Source of the DNA: Strigamia acuminata | Lineage: Eukaryota | Direction of reading: 5' to 3' | DNA: 64,000 bases | Assembly (NCBI GenBank): GCA_949358305.1 | Contig: OX442314.1 | Span: 16,554,001 to 16,618,000 of the forward strand | Part shown: one piece after another, positions 40,801 to 52,394 of the stretch | How positions within the stretch are numbered: the first letter of the stretch is position 1 | Layout of the letters: each line of letters begins with the position of its first letter | Translations under genes and position numbers: made by a program | Notes under the pieces: model-generated | The model's input: only the letters and a program-made list of their open reading frames with translations | Database searches by the model: none | Told to the model about the DNA's origin: nothing

Positions 40801-43419
40801 AACATGAATAAATAATACAATTTTCTATCTTGGTTTAAGCAAATGCATTGCAAGCGGAAGAGTCTAAGTTGGGAGTACAAACACTGGAGAAAACTGCAGG
40901 GTTTAATTTAATACAACGAAAACTAATTTATGGTTTAATATTTCACACATGAGTTGGTTTATATATGAAGAGGGAAAAGAACAGTTCTCTCGTACCAATA
41001 GGGGTGCCACTTCAACGCAATAACCATTCTTCTCTGTCTTTTAGGTCCACATCAAACTGCACTTTTCTTTTTCCAGCATTTCAACTCCTCCCCACATCAT
41101 TGAAATACAGCACTTCGCAGTAGCAAAATGAAAAAGTTGAAACTGAAATTATTTCCTTGTCTTCAATTCATAGACACTATAGAAAACACCTGAGTTCCAC
41201 TTTTGAATTATATCTTCTCAAATTGCCACTACGTTCTATTCACTCACCAATTGTTTATGCTGCGTAGTCTACTCTTGAACGTTTCAAGCCGATATTGTCA
41301 TGTCAGATTTTTATTTTTTAGATTTTAAATTTAATTTACCAAATATTAGCTACTATATACTCTGAGCCGAGACAACGTTGTCCGTACTCAAAAAGTAGCC
41401 CATAACACCAGAATTGTGTTCTAACTAGGCAAAAAAATAATAAAAAACTAAACCTTTGTTTACCTGCCAAAAGAATCCAACAAACTATGCTAACATTGTT
41501 TGATTGATTAAAAGGCAAATAAAATAAATATTTTATTACCAAATAAATAAAATTTATCATTCTAATCACTTTTTACATTGAAATTGATTGAAAATAAACA
41601 AAACTACTTTTCGGCGTAGTAGAGCACAGTCCACAGTTAGGCATAATCCGGCTCAACCAATTGGGAAATAGGACAACGTTGTCTCGGCTCAGAGTATACA
41701 GATATTTTTCAAAAGGAGAGGGAGGACTTTACACGACGAATCAATCTTTTTACAATTTACAATGTTGAATATTGAGGGGGAGAAAAATCTTATGTAAACA
41801 CAATTTCATCTAAAATGGTATTTACTTTTAATTTCAAACAGCTTTAAATGGGTTGATGATAGGATTAATCTAGCTCGTAAAATAAGGAATTAAAAAAACA
41901 AACTTGAAGCCAAGATTTTGAAATAGCAAATGAAAAAAACACAATTTTTTCGCCAGCTTAGTGTTTACGTTTATAATTTCTATTGTGGATCGCTCGCAAG
42001 TGGAATGTAAATCTCTCGAGTTATTGGATTTCCATCAAATAGTGTTATTAGTGCATGAAACTTGTACTTGTAATGAAAGAAACCAAGGGAAGCACATTAA
42101 GTGGTCTCTAGCCTGGAATTGTGCAAACCATTATTTCGACCACAATTTCACAAGACATTCTTGTTGCAAGTCATAACAACCGCTTTCATTTCCACTCTTC
42201 GCTGCAATCGAATCGGGTTTACACGTGGTCTGCGAAGATTACCTCGCCATTGGTCATTGGGTTTTCAATTATGACTAGCAATGAACTCAGATTTCTCCAG
42301 ACATCCACATTCGATCAATTCAAGCAGAAAATTCGCCACTCTATCAACTGCTAGCACTAAAGAAGTCTCTTCCCTCATGATAAATGTCTGTCAAAGAAGC
42401 AATGTAGGTATCCAATACCCAAAGGAATAAGAATAAAAAGGAAGACGGGAGAAAAAGTAGCGGGGGCCTGTTCAAATGATGTCCATAATCCTTCTTTTCA
42501 TTGCAATTGCGGGCGGCTATAAGAGGATTTTGCATCACTTATCATTTGAACACGATATGTATAGGAAAAAAATTGAACGTGATTGCTATAATGATTGCGT
42601 ACACCTTCGCATTACTCGCATCTGTAATGCAGGTGCATGAACCTAAAATGTATTTTTAATTGCATAATGCAGAAAACATTGATTTTTCTTTCGTGTAAAG
42701 CGCCGTGAATATTTTAAAACCAGTGGGGAAGTTTACCTCGTGCAGTATTTATGCAACCTTACTTTAATAATAAACATGTACTTAAAACTTTTTTTTATTT
42801 CCACAAAATATATTTGTTAATTAATGCTCAGTCGAGCAAAACATTTTTATTCCTAAGATAATGTGGAAATCAGTGTCGTTTGATTACACAGCAGCACCTA
42901 GCCGAGCTTATTCGACAAGTATTGGCTTAATTACCGACCTAGGGTATCTAAAGACAAAGTAATTGGCATAGCAATTAATTGCTATCACAATATTTATACA
43001 CGCAGCGGTTGTAATATTGATTTATGCAATGAAATCACATCCCCTTTTCTGACAATGCTCAATATTCTACGGCGCATTTTGTAGTTTTGGAAGGAGAATT
43101 TGCATGCGAGCCAATAAATTCAGTCAAATGCGGCAAATTTGTTGGGTCACAAAGGGAAAGGTGATCCTAATTGCATGTCCACATATATTCCATCGAAAAC
43201 TCTTACCTTATTAATGGGTGTCCCCCAGAAGTCGTTCTTGAATAAATTGATGAGAGGAGTGTGTGGACGAAGGTCCCGATTATCCCTAATGGCCGAAATG
43301 TCATCGAATACAAGTCCGCTTGGTAGTGCGTTGTGATAACAGCACGCCACTATGAATGCGAGCAATATTGAATACGACATCCATTGTAAAGACGACAGCT
43401 CCGTTTTGCTTTTCTCCAT
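5951..43419 (-). CDS. TMTC3: Protein O-mannosyltransferase TMTC3 (transmembrane GT-C domain plus TPR repeats), 21 coding exons, 851 aa
   Basis: Exons 5'->3': 43419-43207, 30085-29949, 23060-22979, 21131-21035, 19956-19841, 17704-17529, 17299-17050, 13983-13835, 13762-13679, 12526-12389, 12307-12214, 12117-11983, 11856-11774, 11695-11623, 11523-11437, 11077-11004, 10793-10673, 10078-9977, 9861-9778, 9708-9587, 6089-5951. All introns are GT-AG, phases are consistent, total 2556 nt. Motifs: [71 protein letters not shown] segments [22 protein letters not shown] and [14 protein letters not shown] match TMTC3 as I recall it, rather than TMTC1/2/4. Confidence 0.95.
7398..7638. mobile_element. MITE, probably PIF/Harbinger type (last TMTC3 intron)
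   Basis: TIRs GGTGCGTTCAAATTGG and CCAATTTGAACGCGCC (15/16 complementary). Flanks are TTA and TAT, the interior is AT-rich and there is no ORF. Confidence 0.7.
7721..7911. mobile_element. Foldback (palindromic) MITE, PIF/Harbinger-like
   Basis: Ends AGCCTGGTTCACAC and GTGTGAACCAGACT. The inner arms are also complementary (GCGGAATTGTTGCA/TGCAACAATTCCGC, GCTGTGATTGGCTGCGG/CCGCAGCCAATCACAGC, GCGGAAAAATAG/CTATTTTTCCGC). Flanks are GAA and TAA. Confidence 0.82.
15226..15373. repeat. Minisatellite, unit about 31 bp, about 5 copies
   Basis: Consensus approximately TTTTGCTCAATTTAGACATCTATTTTAATCG, with copies 3-5 the most similar. Confidence 0.75.
31823..32702. mobile_element. Putative non-autonomous DNA transposon (about 880 bp)
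   Basis: Perfect 12-bp TIR AGGCTGTTTGGA / TCCAAACAGCCT. The TSD is not cleanly matched and there is no transposase ORF. Confidence 0.5.
32196..32398. repeat. Nested element with an internal tandem array of about 21-bp units
   Basis: About 8 degenerate copies of TGCACTTTTTACATGCAAAAT at about 32229-32385, bounded by imperfect inverted ends AAGGTGCCTAT / ATATGCGCCTT (9/11). Confidence 0.6.
38181..38362. mobile_element. MITE with repeated subterminal TCATTTCGTCGCC motifs
   Basis: Ends GGAGGTCGGGTCATTTCGTCGCC and GGCGACGAAATGATCGGAATCC. Motif copies run forward at 38191, 38206 and 38293 and reverse at 38312, 38327 and 38341. Confidence 0.7.
38724..38791. repeat. Near-perfect 68-nt hairpin
   Basis: TGAAATAGCAGTATTAAAAATGCAGCAT, an 11-nt loop, then ATGCTGCATATTTAATAACTGCTATTTCA. 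One bulge and one mismatch. Confidence 0.75.
41360..41694. mobile_element. Tc1/mariner-type MITE (335 bp)
   Basis: Perfect 24-bp TIR CTCTGAGCCGAGACAACGTTGTCC / GGACAACGTTGTCTCGGCTCAGAG, flanked by TA (TATA) on both sides. Confidence 0.85.
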
Positions 43420-44514
43420 CTTCTGTTATAAAAAGAGAACGGGGGAAAACATGAGATAAGATACGAATATAATTTTTTTTTCTTCTTCTTTTTCTTTTTC
43501 TTTTATACTGAGCAATCAAGAAAATCCATTTTGTGGTGATAAACATGTAAAAAATGGCAAATCGGTATTTCTATTGCTATCTGTGTGAAAGGCGCTGCGA
43601 CTCTTAATTTGCAAACAGTTGTATATGAAAGAAGGCAAATTACCACACTAAACAAACCATTCCAAGCCAACATCCACTTCTACACGCCATTACATGGAAC
43701 GTAGCGAAACCTTGTGCGCATTACCAGTTTAGGCAAATGCTTACATCGTGTAGCGACATCAATATAACAGCACTTTTCCCATTGCATATCAAGATAATGG
43801 TGGTAAGACTTGTACATTGCTCTCACCATCAGTTAATTAGTCAAGTTGCAAAGTGTTTCTCAAGAGATATGTTTGTAAAGGCGAACACGTGAGGAGAAAA
43901 AATACTTAAGGGAGTGGGAAAAAATCTGGTTTACTTGTGTTTTGTGTATGGAGAATTTAAAAAATTTGCCCAGGAGACTTTTTCGTGGTTGTTTATCATT
44001 GCAGGTGTGTTTTCCTCAATTACTACACCAATTTGAGCCAATTAAAAAAAAACAAAAAACAAAAAACATTTTATACGTTTTAGGTATTTTAAAATTAGGA
44101 CGAAGATTTGAAAGAGATTAAATTGTGAGTTTGATATCGATTAAATTTTGGAGGCATTATTTGGTATTTCATACAACAATCCTTGAAGCAATTTTTATTA
44201 CCTAGTTTTATATTGCCTCTCAAAAATGTGGCGTGAGGAGGGAGGAACGTAATTGAATGTTCACTTTTTTCCTCAGCGGATGATGTAGAATTTGAGGGGA
44301 AAAAAAGCACTTATCGCCCAGCAACTATGATGTTACAATGACATAACTACCTGTCGACCAGTTATTTATTCTAGCAACTAAGATAGATGGTGACCTATGA
44401 CCTCATTGGGGTGTCACTAGTTTTCTACATCATCAATTCATGTGCCAAGAATGAAGAGTTTTCGACCAGGGTTTCCTCCGCTGTTTTTATAGACATTCTT
44501 ATAAACCGAAAGAA

Positions 44515-44820
44515 GATGTTGGTCACCTGTTTCTATTAGAACACAGAAGCTAAGCAGCATTGGCCTTAGTCTGTACTTGGATGGGTGACCGGCTGGGAAT
44601 CTCAGTTGTTTCCTTATGTGACTAAGGTACTTGTTTCTAGGGCAAGAACATCTGCCACCCACCTCCAGCTCGGTTTTCTGTGGTTTTCCCAGTTCTCGGT
44701 GCAATGTTCGGTCCTCAAGAAAGTCGTTTCACAGATCGCGGCTTACACGGCCTAATACCCCTCATGGGCACTCGTCTAAGGGGTCGTGACCATGCTAAGT
44801 GTCAATAAAACAATACCATA
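44515..44820 (+). mobile_element. 5S rRNA-derived SINE-like element (SINE3 type), or 5S pseudogene fused to a unique body
   Basis: Box A-like AGCTAAGCAG at 44548-44557 and box C region GTACTTGGATGGGTGACCGGCTGGGAAT at 44573-44600, at 5S-like spacing. The 5S 5' end and terminal helix are not recognisable. About 200 bp of non-5S body follows, ending in CAATAAAACAATACC. No TSD found and the boundaries are approximate. Confidence 0.72.
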
Positions 44821-45019
44821 TAATATCTGCCCATCTTTGTGTAATGTAGTAATGAAAATTTGAGATGGTTGCTTTGCTACATCGCTGTACAAAGTTTTAA
44901 AGTTTTCACTTTTTAATGAAACTAATGGATCTAGTGGAAATGGTGTAAGATTAAAGGAAATTAGTTCATGGGGTCTTCAAAAGTCAAACATTTATTTCCT
45001 TTTAAGAAAATCAACAAAG

Positions 45020-45132
45020 CTTTTTTGACCGATCTGTCCAACCCTCTGGCTGTAAATGTTCAAAATATAACCGACCAAAGACGAAAGAGTGCAAACATTT
45101 ACGGCCTAAGGACAACCAGATAGGTCAAAAAG
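45020..45132. repeat. Degenerate inverted repeat (MITE remnant?)
   Basis: Outer arms TTTTTGACCGATCTG / CAGATAGGTCAAAAA and inner arms GGCTGTAAATGTT / AACATTTACGGCC. Confidence 0.55.
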
Positions 45133-48100
45133 GTTTTAGTTTTTGTTGCATTTGCTCGGTTTGGACGAAATAAATTAGGTTTTTCGCATAAGCATAGAAA
45201 CGATGGTTAGATTTGCTTCTAAAATTTTGACTTGTAATTGAAATGAGTTCTAATTTCAATGCTTTGAAACCAAATCTGGAATAGATTCGTAATACCATTG
45301 AAAAATCTGTGCCTTACAACTTATAAACATATTAGGACCAGGTCAGAGCCTACTGTAGGTGTTTGGCACTGGTCAAGATACCAGATGCCGTTGTCTTAAA
45401 TCAGATCTGGACGCGGAACCTGGTGTCCTGGTGCCTATTGGTGTGTCGAAATAAGCAATTTCAAACTTGTTGAAGCGCTCTGCTGAAATATGCAGGATAA
45501 TTATCCATAAGGAAATGAATATGAAACAAATTTAATAGGATTTTAAATTAGCGAAGGGGGGAAAAGAAATGAAGACCGGTATTTGCAATAATGTGGTATC
45601 GGCGTTGAAACCGGAGGGAGAAGTCTTTTTATAGACCTGCTTGATTGCATGCGCATTCAACATTTGTTAACTCTATTTTCTTTCTTTCCGCATTAGGAGC
45701 TTTGTCTAATAGCTTCAACTTTGCCATTCAGTGTTTCGGTTTGGTGCAAGTTTGAAATGTCAGGTGTTAGGTTGGAAAGAAAAGAGATTTTTGGAATTCA
45801 TAACAATACGGAAATGCATTAGTGGATCATCAACACCATTGGATACAGCCCGCCTGGCCTTTTTCCATCTCGCAGTTTGCCCATTTTGCACTGCTGAAGC
45901 TGCAGGTGTTGGACTGCAATTTGACCATTGTATGAGTTAAATAATGACATGGGACCAGACTCGCAATTCCCTAGTAAAATGCAGGGCTGCATTGCAGAAA
46001 AACAGCAGTGTGTCGACGATTCTTTTCTTTTGTAAACTCGAAGAAAAACTTATTAAATCTAAAAACTTTTGTTTTATTGCCGTAACAATTCATTGGAATC
46101 ATTTCATTACATTTCTTTTTTTACTCTTTTTTTCTCTCTCTTTTTCTCTATCTCGCTGCTTTTTTGATCACGACTCATTTGCTGATTCTAGCCAAGCAAG
46201 CAAGGGAGAGAAAAAAAGTTTGGAATGTGTAATTACGAAATCTTGAAAAAGCTTTTACTTCCTTTAACTGTAAAATGTGTTCTATACTTAATTGCAACTT
46301 GTATTTATGTAGAATCCTCCCTTGAATTGAGTTGTTGTGCCAAAACGATTCTGGAAGCAAATTTAAAGATTTCTGTTCAACCGTTTATCTTTTTTTTTCA
46401 TCCAATAAACTAATAAATCGTTGCCAATATTTAAATATCATCGGCTAGCATTTCCCAAAAGAGAAAACAACATTAATCAATGATAAAAGGAATAACATTT
46501 CAAAGTTTGTAACCATGGCAATCTTATTACCCCACTACCTTTACATTAGCAAGAGAGCAAAATATGCGTAGACTTCTCAATTACAAGTGAAATTCCATGA
46601 AACCTAATCGAGTTTGCAACTCTATCTTGACCAGATGTTGTTGCTCATAATACGAGCATAGAGGTAGGTGTTTGTAGCCATAGTTTGTAAAAATTTGCAA
46701 TTAACAATTGATTCAATTATTGCATTGGCAATTATTGCCACGCATCTGCAACATGGCCCAGAAAGTGAGGCGAATTTTCTCTCAAACTTGAGACTGGCTA
46801 GTCTCAAGTTTGTCGTCATCGATTGCTGCCACGAGTCAGACATAAAGCTCTTCAGCCCGGTCTAGTGGGGCTCCATCTGTGGCTTGCATGTAAGCCTATC
46901 TACAGCCACGATCCCTCGATATGGTCAGCGTTCATGGCACGCTTCTTATCATGTTTAGTGTTAAATCTTTATACCAGCAACGTTAAAAAAAAATAAGAAT
47001 TTAAATTAAAGCGCTCAATCTATGTGTGTCCTTTGAGATTTCATTAAATACGATACTGTGGAACGGATGGACTGAGCTTTTAATACACAAGTGAATGGTT
47101 GTCTATATTAACCTCCAGATCCATTTGAGTAGCTCTTCCAAAGGTCATAGCCGACTTAACTTAATACCCGTTCAACCTTCGTCTTATGCCTATGGCATTC
47201 TATTCGATATAGGAGTTTCATTGATTCCATTCCACTTATTGAATAATAAAGTGAGCTTTTACTTTATGTACGCAATTTAATTCCTAATGAAAAGCGGAAT
47301 TTATGGATTGAAATAAGAGAAAAATTTTTCTAATTTAAAATGAAAATTTTAAGTGTCAACTTTATCATATTAAACAAGCGACATTCCTTAAATGTAGAGA
47401 GCAAACGATATGTAAATTGGTCGTTAATCGTCTTTTAATTACTCGCAATTGCAATAAAATGGAAGAGTACTGCACCTACCTTAAAAATGTATACAGGACT
47501 CGCACTTCATGTTTTTTTACTAATTCTTTTGGTCTGGGCGAAGAATAAGAGCAAACGCGAACAAGATAAATGAAAAATTCATGGTTCACAAGATGATTCT
47601 GCGAGAGAAGCAAATTCGAATCTGAGATGCTGTTCACCAGCTCACTATAGGGTCGGCTTCTCCTTCGCACTTGGGGCTCCGGAAAACCAATATGAGATTC
47701 ACCGAGTTAGACTAGTACACTGCCACGTAGAGGGATAGAGGGTTGCGTTAAAATTAACTATTTTTTTTTTTTTTTAGAAAAAAAAATTCTCTATAATTTT
47801 CTTTTCACAAATTTTAATTGAATAATTGTCGAAATTCTGCTAATTTCTTGTGATTTTTAACGCATGAATCAATTGAATGGTTTCTTATCAATCTTGGCCT
47901 GCACTTTTTTTCTCTTTTTTTCTTTGAAACGCACACGGGGGTAATTTTTTTATACCGGTCTTCTATTATTTCGTCCAATGGTCAATTAACTTTTTCTTAT
48001 GTTTTTTTTATTAATTTTTTTTTTTTTTTTTTTTGCTTTTGACTTATTTCGAAGGCACTTCCTAAAAGCCTAAAGTATAGTGGCCTCACTATAACTTGGT

Positions 48101-48627
48101 CGTTTCCTATTCCTGTGTTTGCAATTTCCGGTTGACAGGATTCTTCAAATCTCGACTGTATTATAAATCATTTCATTGTTAGCTCCAATTTTTCAATTTT
48201 ATGTGTGAAAATGAGTGTATTTAACTTTCTTTAAATATTGGTATTCGAGAACCGGGAGAATAAACGATTTTTCAGAATTAATGGTGTCAAATTTATCAGT
48301 ATTTAACCCAACGAAGCTGTGATATATCGTTTAAAGAAATTTCTTTTTTTTTTTGGAAAAAAAAAATTTTAAAGTAGATTTTTTATAAGAAATATTTGAT
48401 TTTTGGTTTTTGTTTGTTTTTTTGTTTGTTTTTTTTTTTGGTTGAAATATTATGCTTATAAAATAAGATGCATCGCCGCTTAAAATATCATATTTCAGCG
48501 TTAAATTTGAAAGCGTTTGATCTTTTATGGCAATCGTGCTAATGTATAAATAATGTATTGCTTATGATTTTCCGCACAGAGCAAATGGTATAATTACAAA
48601 TAAATGGTTACAAGTGGTATGTCATTA

Positions 48628-48880
48628 GGAGCCATCCATAAATTTGGGATTTTTAGACTTCCTACCCCCTCTGTAATATGGTCGTAACAAATTCCCGAAG
48701 CCATCACCCCCTAATTACGTAACAAAACTGAAATTCCCTCCCCAAATTTTCCAAAAATCATAGAAAAAATGATTATATTTTGATTATTTAAAATTAAATT
48801 TATTTTTTTACATGGAACATAACAAAATTTGAAACCCCCTCCTCCCCCCTTGGTGCATTACATAATTTATGGACGGCCCC
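48628..48880. mobile_element. PIF/Harbinger (Tourist-like) MITE
   Basis: TIRs GGAGCCATCCATAAAT and ATTTATGGACGGCCCC (14/16), matched 3-bp TSD TTA at 48625-48627 and 48881-48883, and internal C-runs with repeated CGTAACAAA motifs. Confidence 0.82.
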
Positions 48881-51253
48881 TTAAAGTTTTCCAGCTATTT
48901 GACACTTGCATCCACGAGCCACAACTTGTATTTCCAAACTTTAGTTGCCTAAATTAATTTTATTCTGTCAAACTGTTTTATTGGTTGTGTCGGAATTGGG
49001 TGGATAGAGTGCGAGTGTCCTGTTGTTATATTTTGGAAAAGTATTAGCTAATTTTATTAAATTGGAGGTTCGAGGAACTATCAATTTTAGACTGCTATGG
49101 GGTTCTAAATTACATTGCTACTGGTTGTAGAACATCGAGATTGAAGCCATCAAGCCGTCGTAAAAATCTTTATAAACCTTGTTTGTTCAAAGTACAAAAA
49201 ATTGGACAACTATAATTGACAGTTTCCTGTAATTTGTAATGGCAGTCAATCAATAGTAACATTATTAATGCTTCAATTTCCTCTACTTTGCTACTCAGAT
49301 TAGTTTAATAACGGATCGTCTAGCAGAATAATTCCGGGCGTACAGTAATTTACAATTTTAAATAGATTTATTAATTTATTTACGTGGAATAATATACCAA
49401 CTTCGCAATCAAGAATCGAATGAATAATTCCCGTCCGCAAACTACACAATCGCTAAGCGACTGAGCGGAGCACGAAGGGAAAAAATGAGCCGGCGAAGTT
49501 TGTTGATCCCGCAGCAACTGATAGTGTCATCCATCACTTAAGAGGCAGCTCTTTCATCATGCACAGTTCAATTGATTCTATGCAATTAAACGTAAGCACT
49601 AAGGGTGTTTTTTTTTAACATTTTCTTTTTAAATTTTTTTTTTTTTTTTTTGGTTAAAAGTTTTTTTTGACTACGGTGTACTGATGAGTAGACCTAATGC
49701 ATTTTGTGTCCATCCATGTGTGACCACAGTAGCACGTATTGGGATTGTTTGGATCAGTGCTTGGCTTTTTGCCAATTTCACGAATGTTGAAGCTTTAACA
49801 TTCAGTCAAATTGGGTTGGTTTGTTGGCCAAGTTTGAATTTCTTGCATTTCCTATCATTTAAAGTGAAAAAGTTTTAATCACACTTTAAAAAAGTAAAAG
49901 GCGGTGTAGAGAGGGATTAAATTGGTTTCGAGATGAATATATGCCAATATTGCATTATCGGGTTGCATTTCTATTGCTACGTGTGTTAATTTACAATGTT
50001 GTGGTTGCATTTGGCGGAATAAACAGAAATCCACAATCCCAAGCGATAGACCACAGGCTAACGCGACACACTTAAATGGTTAGATGGGTAGAAACCAGTC
50101 GTCAGTGGAATGTTTATGTCAATCTAATGAAGGCGCGGTTTGAGACGAAAAGAATTGAAAAATTGTGCTGGAAATCAATAATGCACGGTGAAGTGGTGTG
50201 CATATATTAGTTTTTGCAAAGTAAATCGTTTTTTATTGGGGCAACAAAACTGGATGGCGACAGATTTAAGATCAAATTGTTTTTTTATGAGCAGACTGCG
50301 TTCTAACTTAGTGACCAAAAGTTTCTATTGCACAGTGGTTGTAAAAATTTTAGCATTTCTTTTCACTTCGATCGGTCGAACATTTGCGAAGCCAAGTAAC
50401 AAGTATTAACACTTGAAGCCGTTAAGTTAAAGTTGAGCAGCTTTTAAAAAGTTGAGTAATATGGCAGTTAAGAACATTTATTCAGCATAAAATGCCTTCA
50501 ACTGAAATGAGGAATTGTTCCATGAGCAACCCTATGGATAGAGCACTTCACTTTTCTTCGTGACAGCGCCATCCATATATCACTAAGTGCAATATTCCCT
50601 GCAAGCTAAAAAGAATGTCACATGTGGTGAATGGGCTGTGGAAATGTTGATCACTTCTTGTGACTCATGAGCGAAAAAGTGACAGCTGTAGGGTGTCAAA
50701 ATGTGATAAATAAAAGTAAATGCTAAAATCAGCAGAGCTAAATTGGAAACTTTTAGTCAAATTGCTCACTTTATTCAAATCAATTTCTTTTCTTTTTTCA
50801 TAATTGGTCTTGAATATTTTTATTTCAAATGTTCGGCTCAATTCAAGATGTGCAACTTCACAACAAATCCAATTGTACGTTTCACGTTCGCTTCACGTTC
50901 GTTTCACCGCTGCTTCGGTAGTGCTACACAAAGAGAGTCCATTCCATCGCGTGTGTCAACTACCGTAGTCAACTTGGCATTGGGGCCACTCAAATTTCAC
51001 CATTTTCTGAATGGCTCCAATCATTATTTCCATTTTTTAATTTTATCTCCACTTTCAAACAAAAATAATTTTTCACTTATTTTGTCCATAAAAACCTGCT
51101 AACTTCCCATATGCATTTTGTAATGCATTTTTGCGTGCTATTGCTTTGCAAATGTATTAAGAAGTACATTTCCAATATTGTTATTTGTCAAATATGAATG
51201 CATTTTCAAAATGCATTTTTTTAATTGTATTATGAAATGCATTATTTAATGTA

Positions 51254-51448
51254 CAGTCGTGGACAAAAAAACTTTCCTTCAGTTTATTTATTTATCTATT
51301 TGCTCGGTCTATCTTTTAATCCTGTTGTTAGGGCAAGGCAAGAGACCCGGTCAAGATTGATGTCATTGAATCTCAATGGATTTTTATGCCACCTGGTAGA
51401 TAAACTAAAAACAGCTAAACTGAAGGGAAGTTTTTTTGTCCACGACTG
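51254..51448. mobile_element. Tc1-like MITE (195 bp)
   Basis: 33-bp TIR CAGTCGTGGACAAAAAAACTTTCCTTCAGTTTA with one mismatch to the right end. The CAGT terminus is typical of Tc1. Flanks are TA and TG. Confidence 0.85.
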
Positions 51449-52371
51449 TGCAAATAGTATACTTAATTCAGCGAAATGCTGTACATTTTGGAATGCATCA
51501 TTTCTAAACCATATGGTTTATTTTATTTTAATTTTTTCAAATTTTATTTTATTATTTTACAAAATTGCATGAAATTATTGTTTGAACTATCTTTTGAGAC
51601 CTCAACCAAAAATAATCATTGGCTTGTTTGAGTTTGCATCTAGCCCATTCAAAAAATAATGAAATTTCAGTCGACCTGGTGCAAACGTAACTCATGCCGT
51701 TCGATCAGATTTTGTGTTGTGAAAGAGGGAGGGAAAATACAGCGAGTTCCGTCGAAGCGGTATGTTTAGAATTTTTTTCCACCCATTTTTTTGGGCAGGG
51801 AAAGTTTTTTTTTTCTTTAAGAAAACCTGGCTCATATTGTTGTAGTTTCAAGTGATAAGACATCCAATTAATCGCATGACTGCGAACCATTTTAATTCTT
51901 CGGTTGATTAGTCATGATTTTTTAGAATTCAAATGTCAAACGACGATTAGCAGTTTATACGTGAAGCAACCGAAAACTTTGGTTTAAAATAGAAATGTAT
52001 TATATATACCGTATTATAAAATACATACCGGTAAATTAAATATACCCAACCCACTCAAATTGTATATTTGCACCGATACATGATCATTATTCATTTATTA
52101 TCACATTTTATATGTGGATTGAATTATGGATATTTAAAAAGTGAATTATTGAATAGGCAAATCCGCTTAATTATTTGACATAACATTACTTTTTACTTTT
52201 TCGATTTGAATCCTGAAAAAGTTTTAACGAGATTTCAACTCTGAAATAAATAATTTCAATTGGAAATGTCTAAACAAGTTGATGAATAAAAGATGGCGTG
52301 CAAACAACATCTTGGCTACTGAATTTTTAATGATTTAGACTAGTAAACTTTTTTTACTTTCACTTTTTTTT

Positions 52372-52394
52372 CCTTGCCTTGCCTTGCCTTGCCT
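52372..52394. repeat. (CCTTG)n microsatellite
   Basis: CCTTGCCTTGCCTTGCCTTGCCT, read directly. Confidence 0.7.

Noticed and set aside
44499..44620. Functional 5S rRNA gene
   Set aside because: The 5' end and terminal helix are missing, there is no adjacent oligo-T terminator and no tandem array. Treated as a derived element.
47641..47652. CTCACTATAGGG resembling the T7 promoter (vector contamination)
   Set aside because: Only the last 12 nt match. TAATACGA is absent and no polylinker or vector sequence is adjacent.
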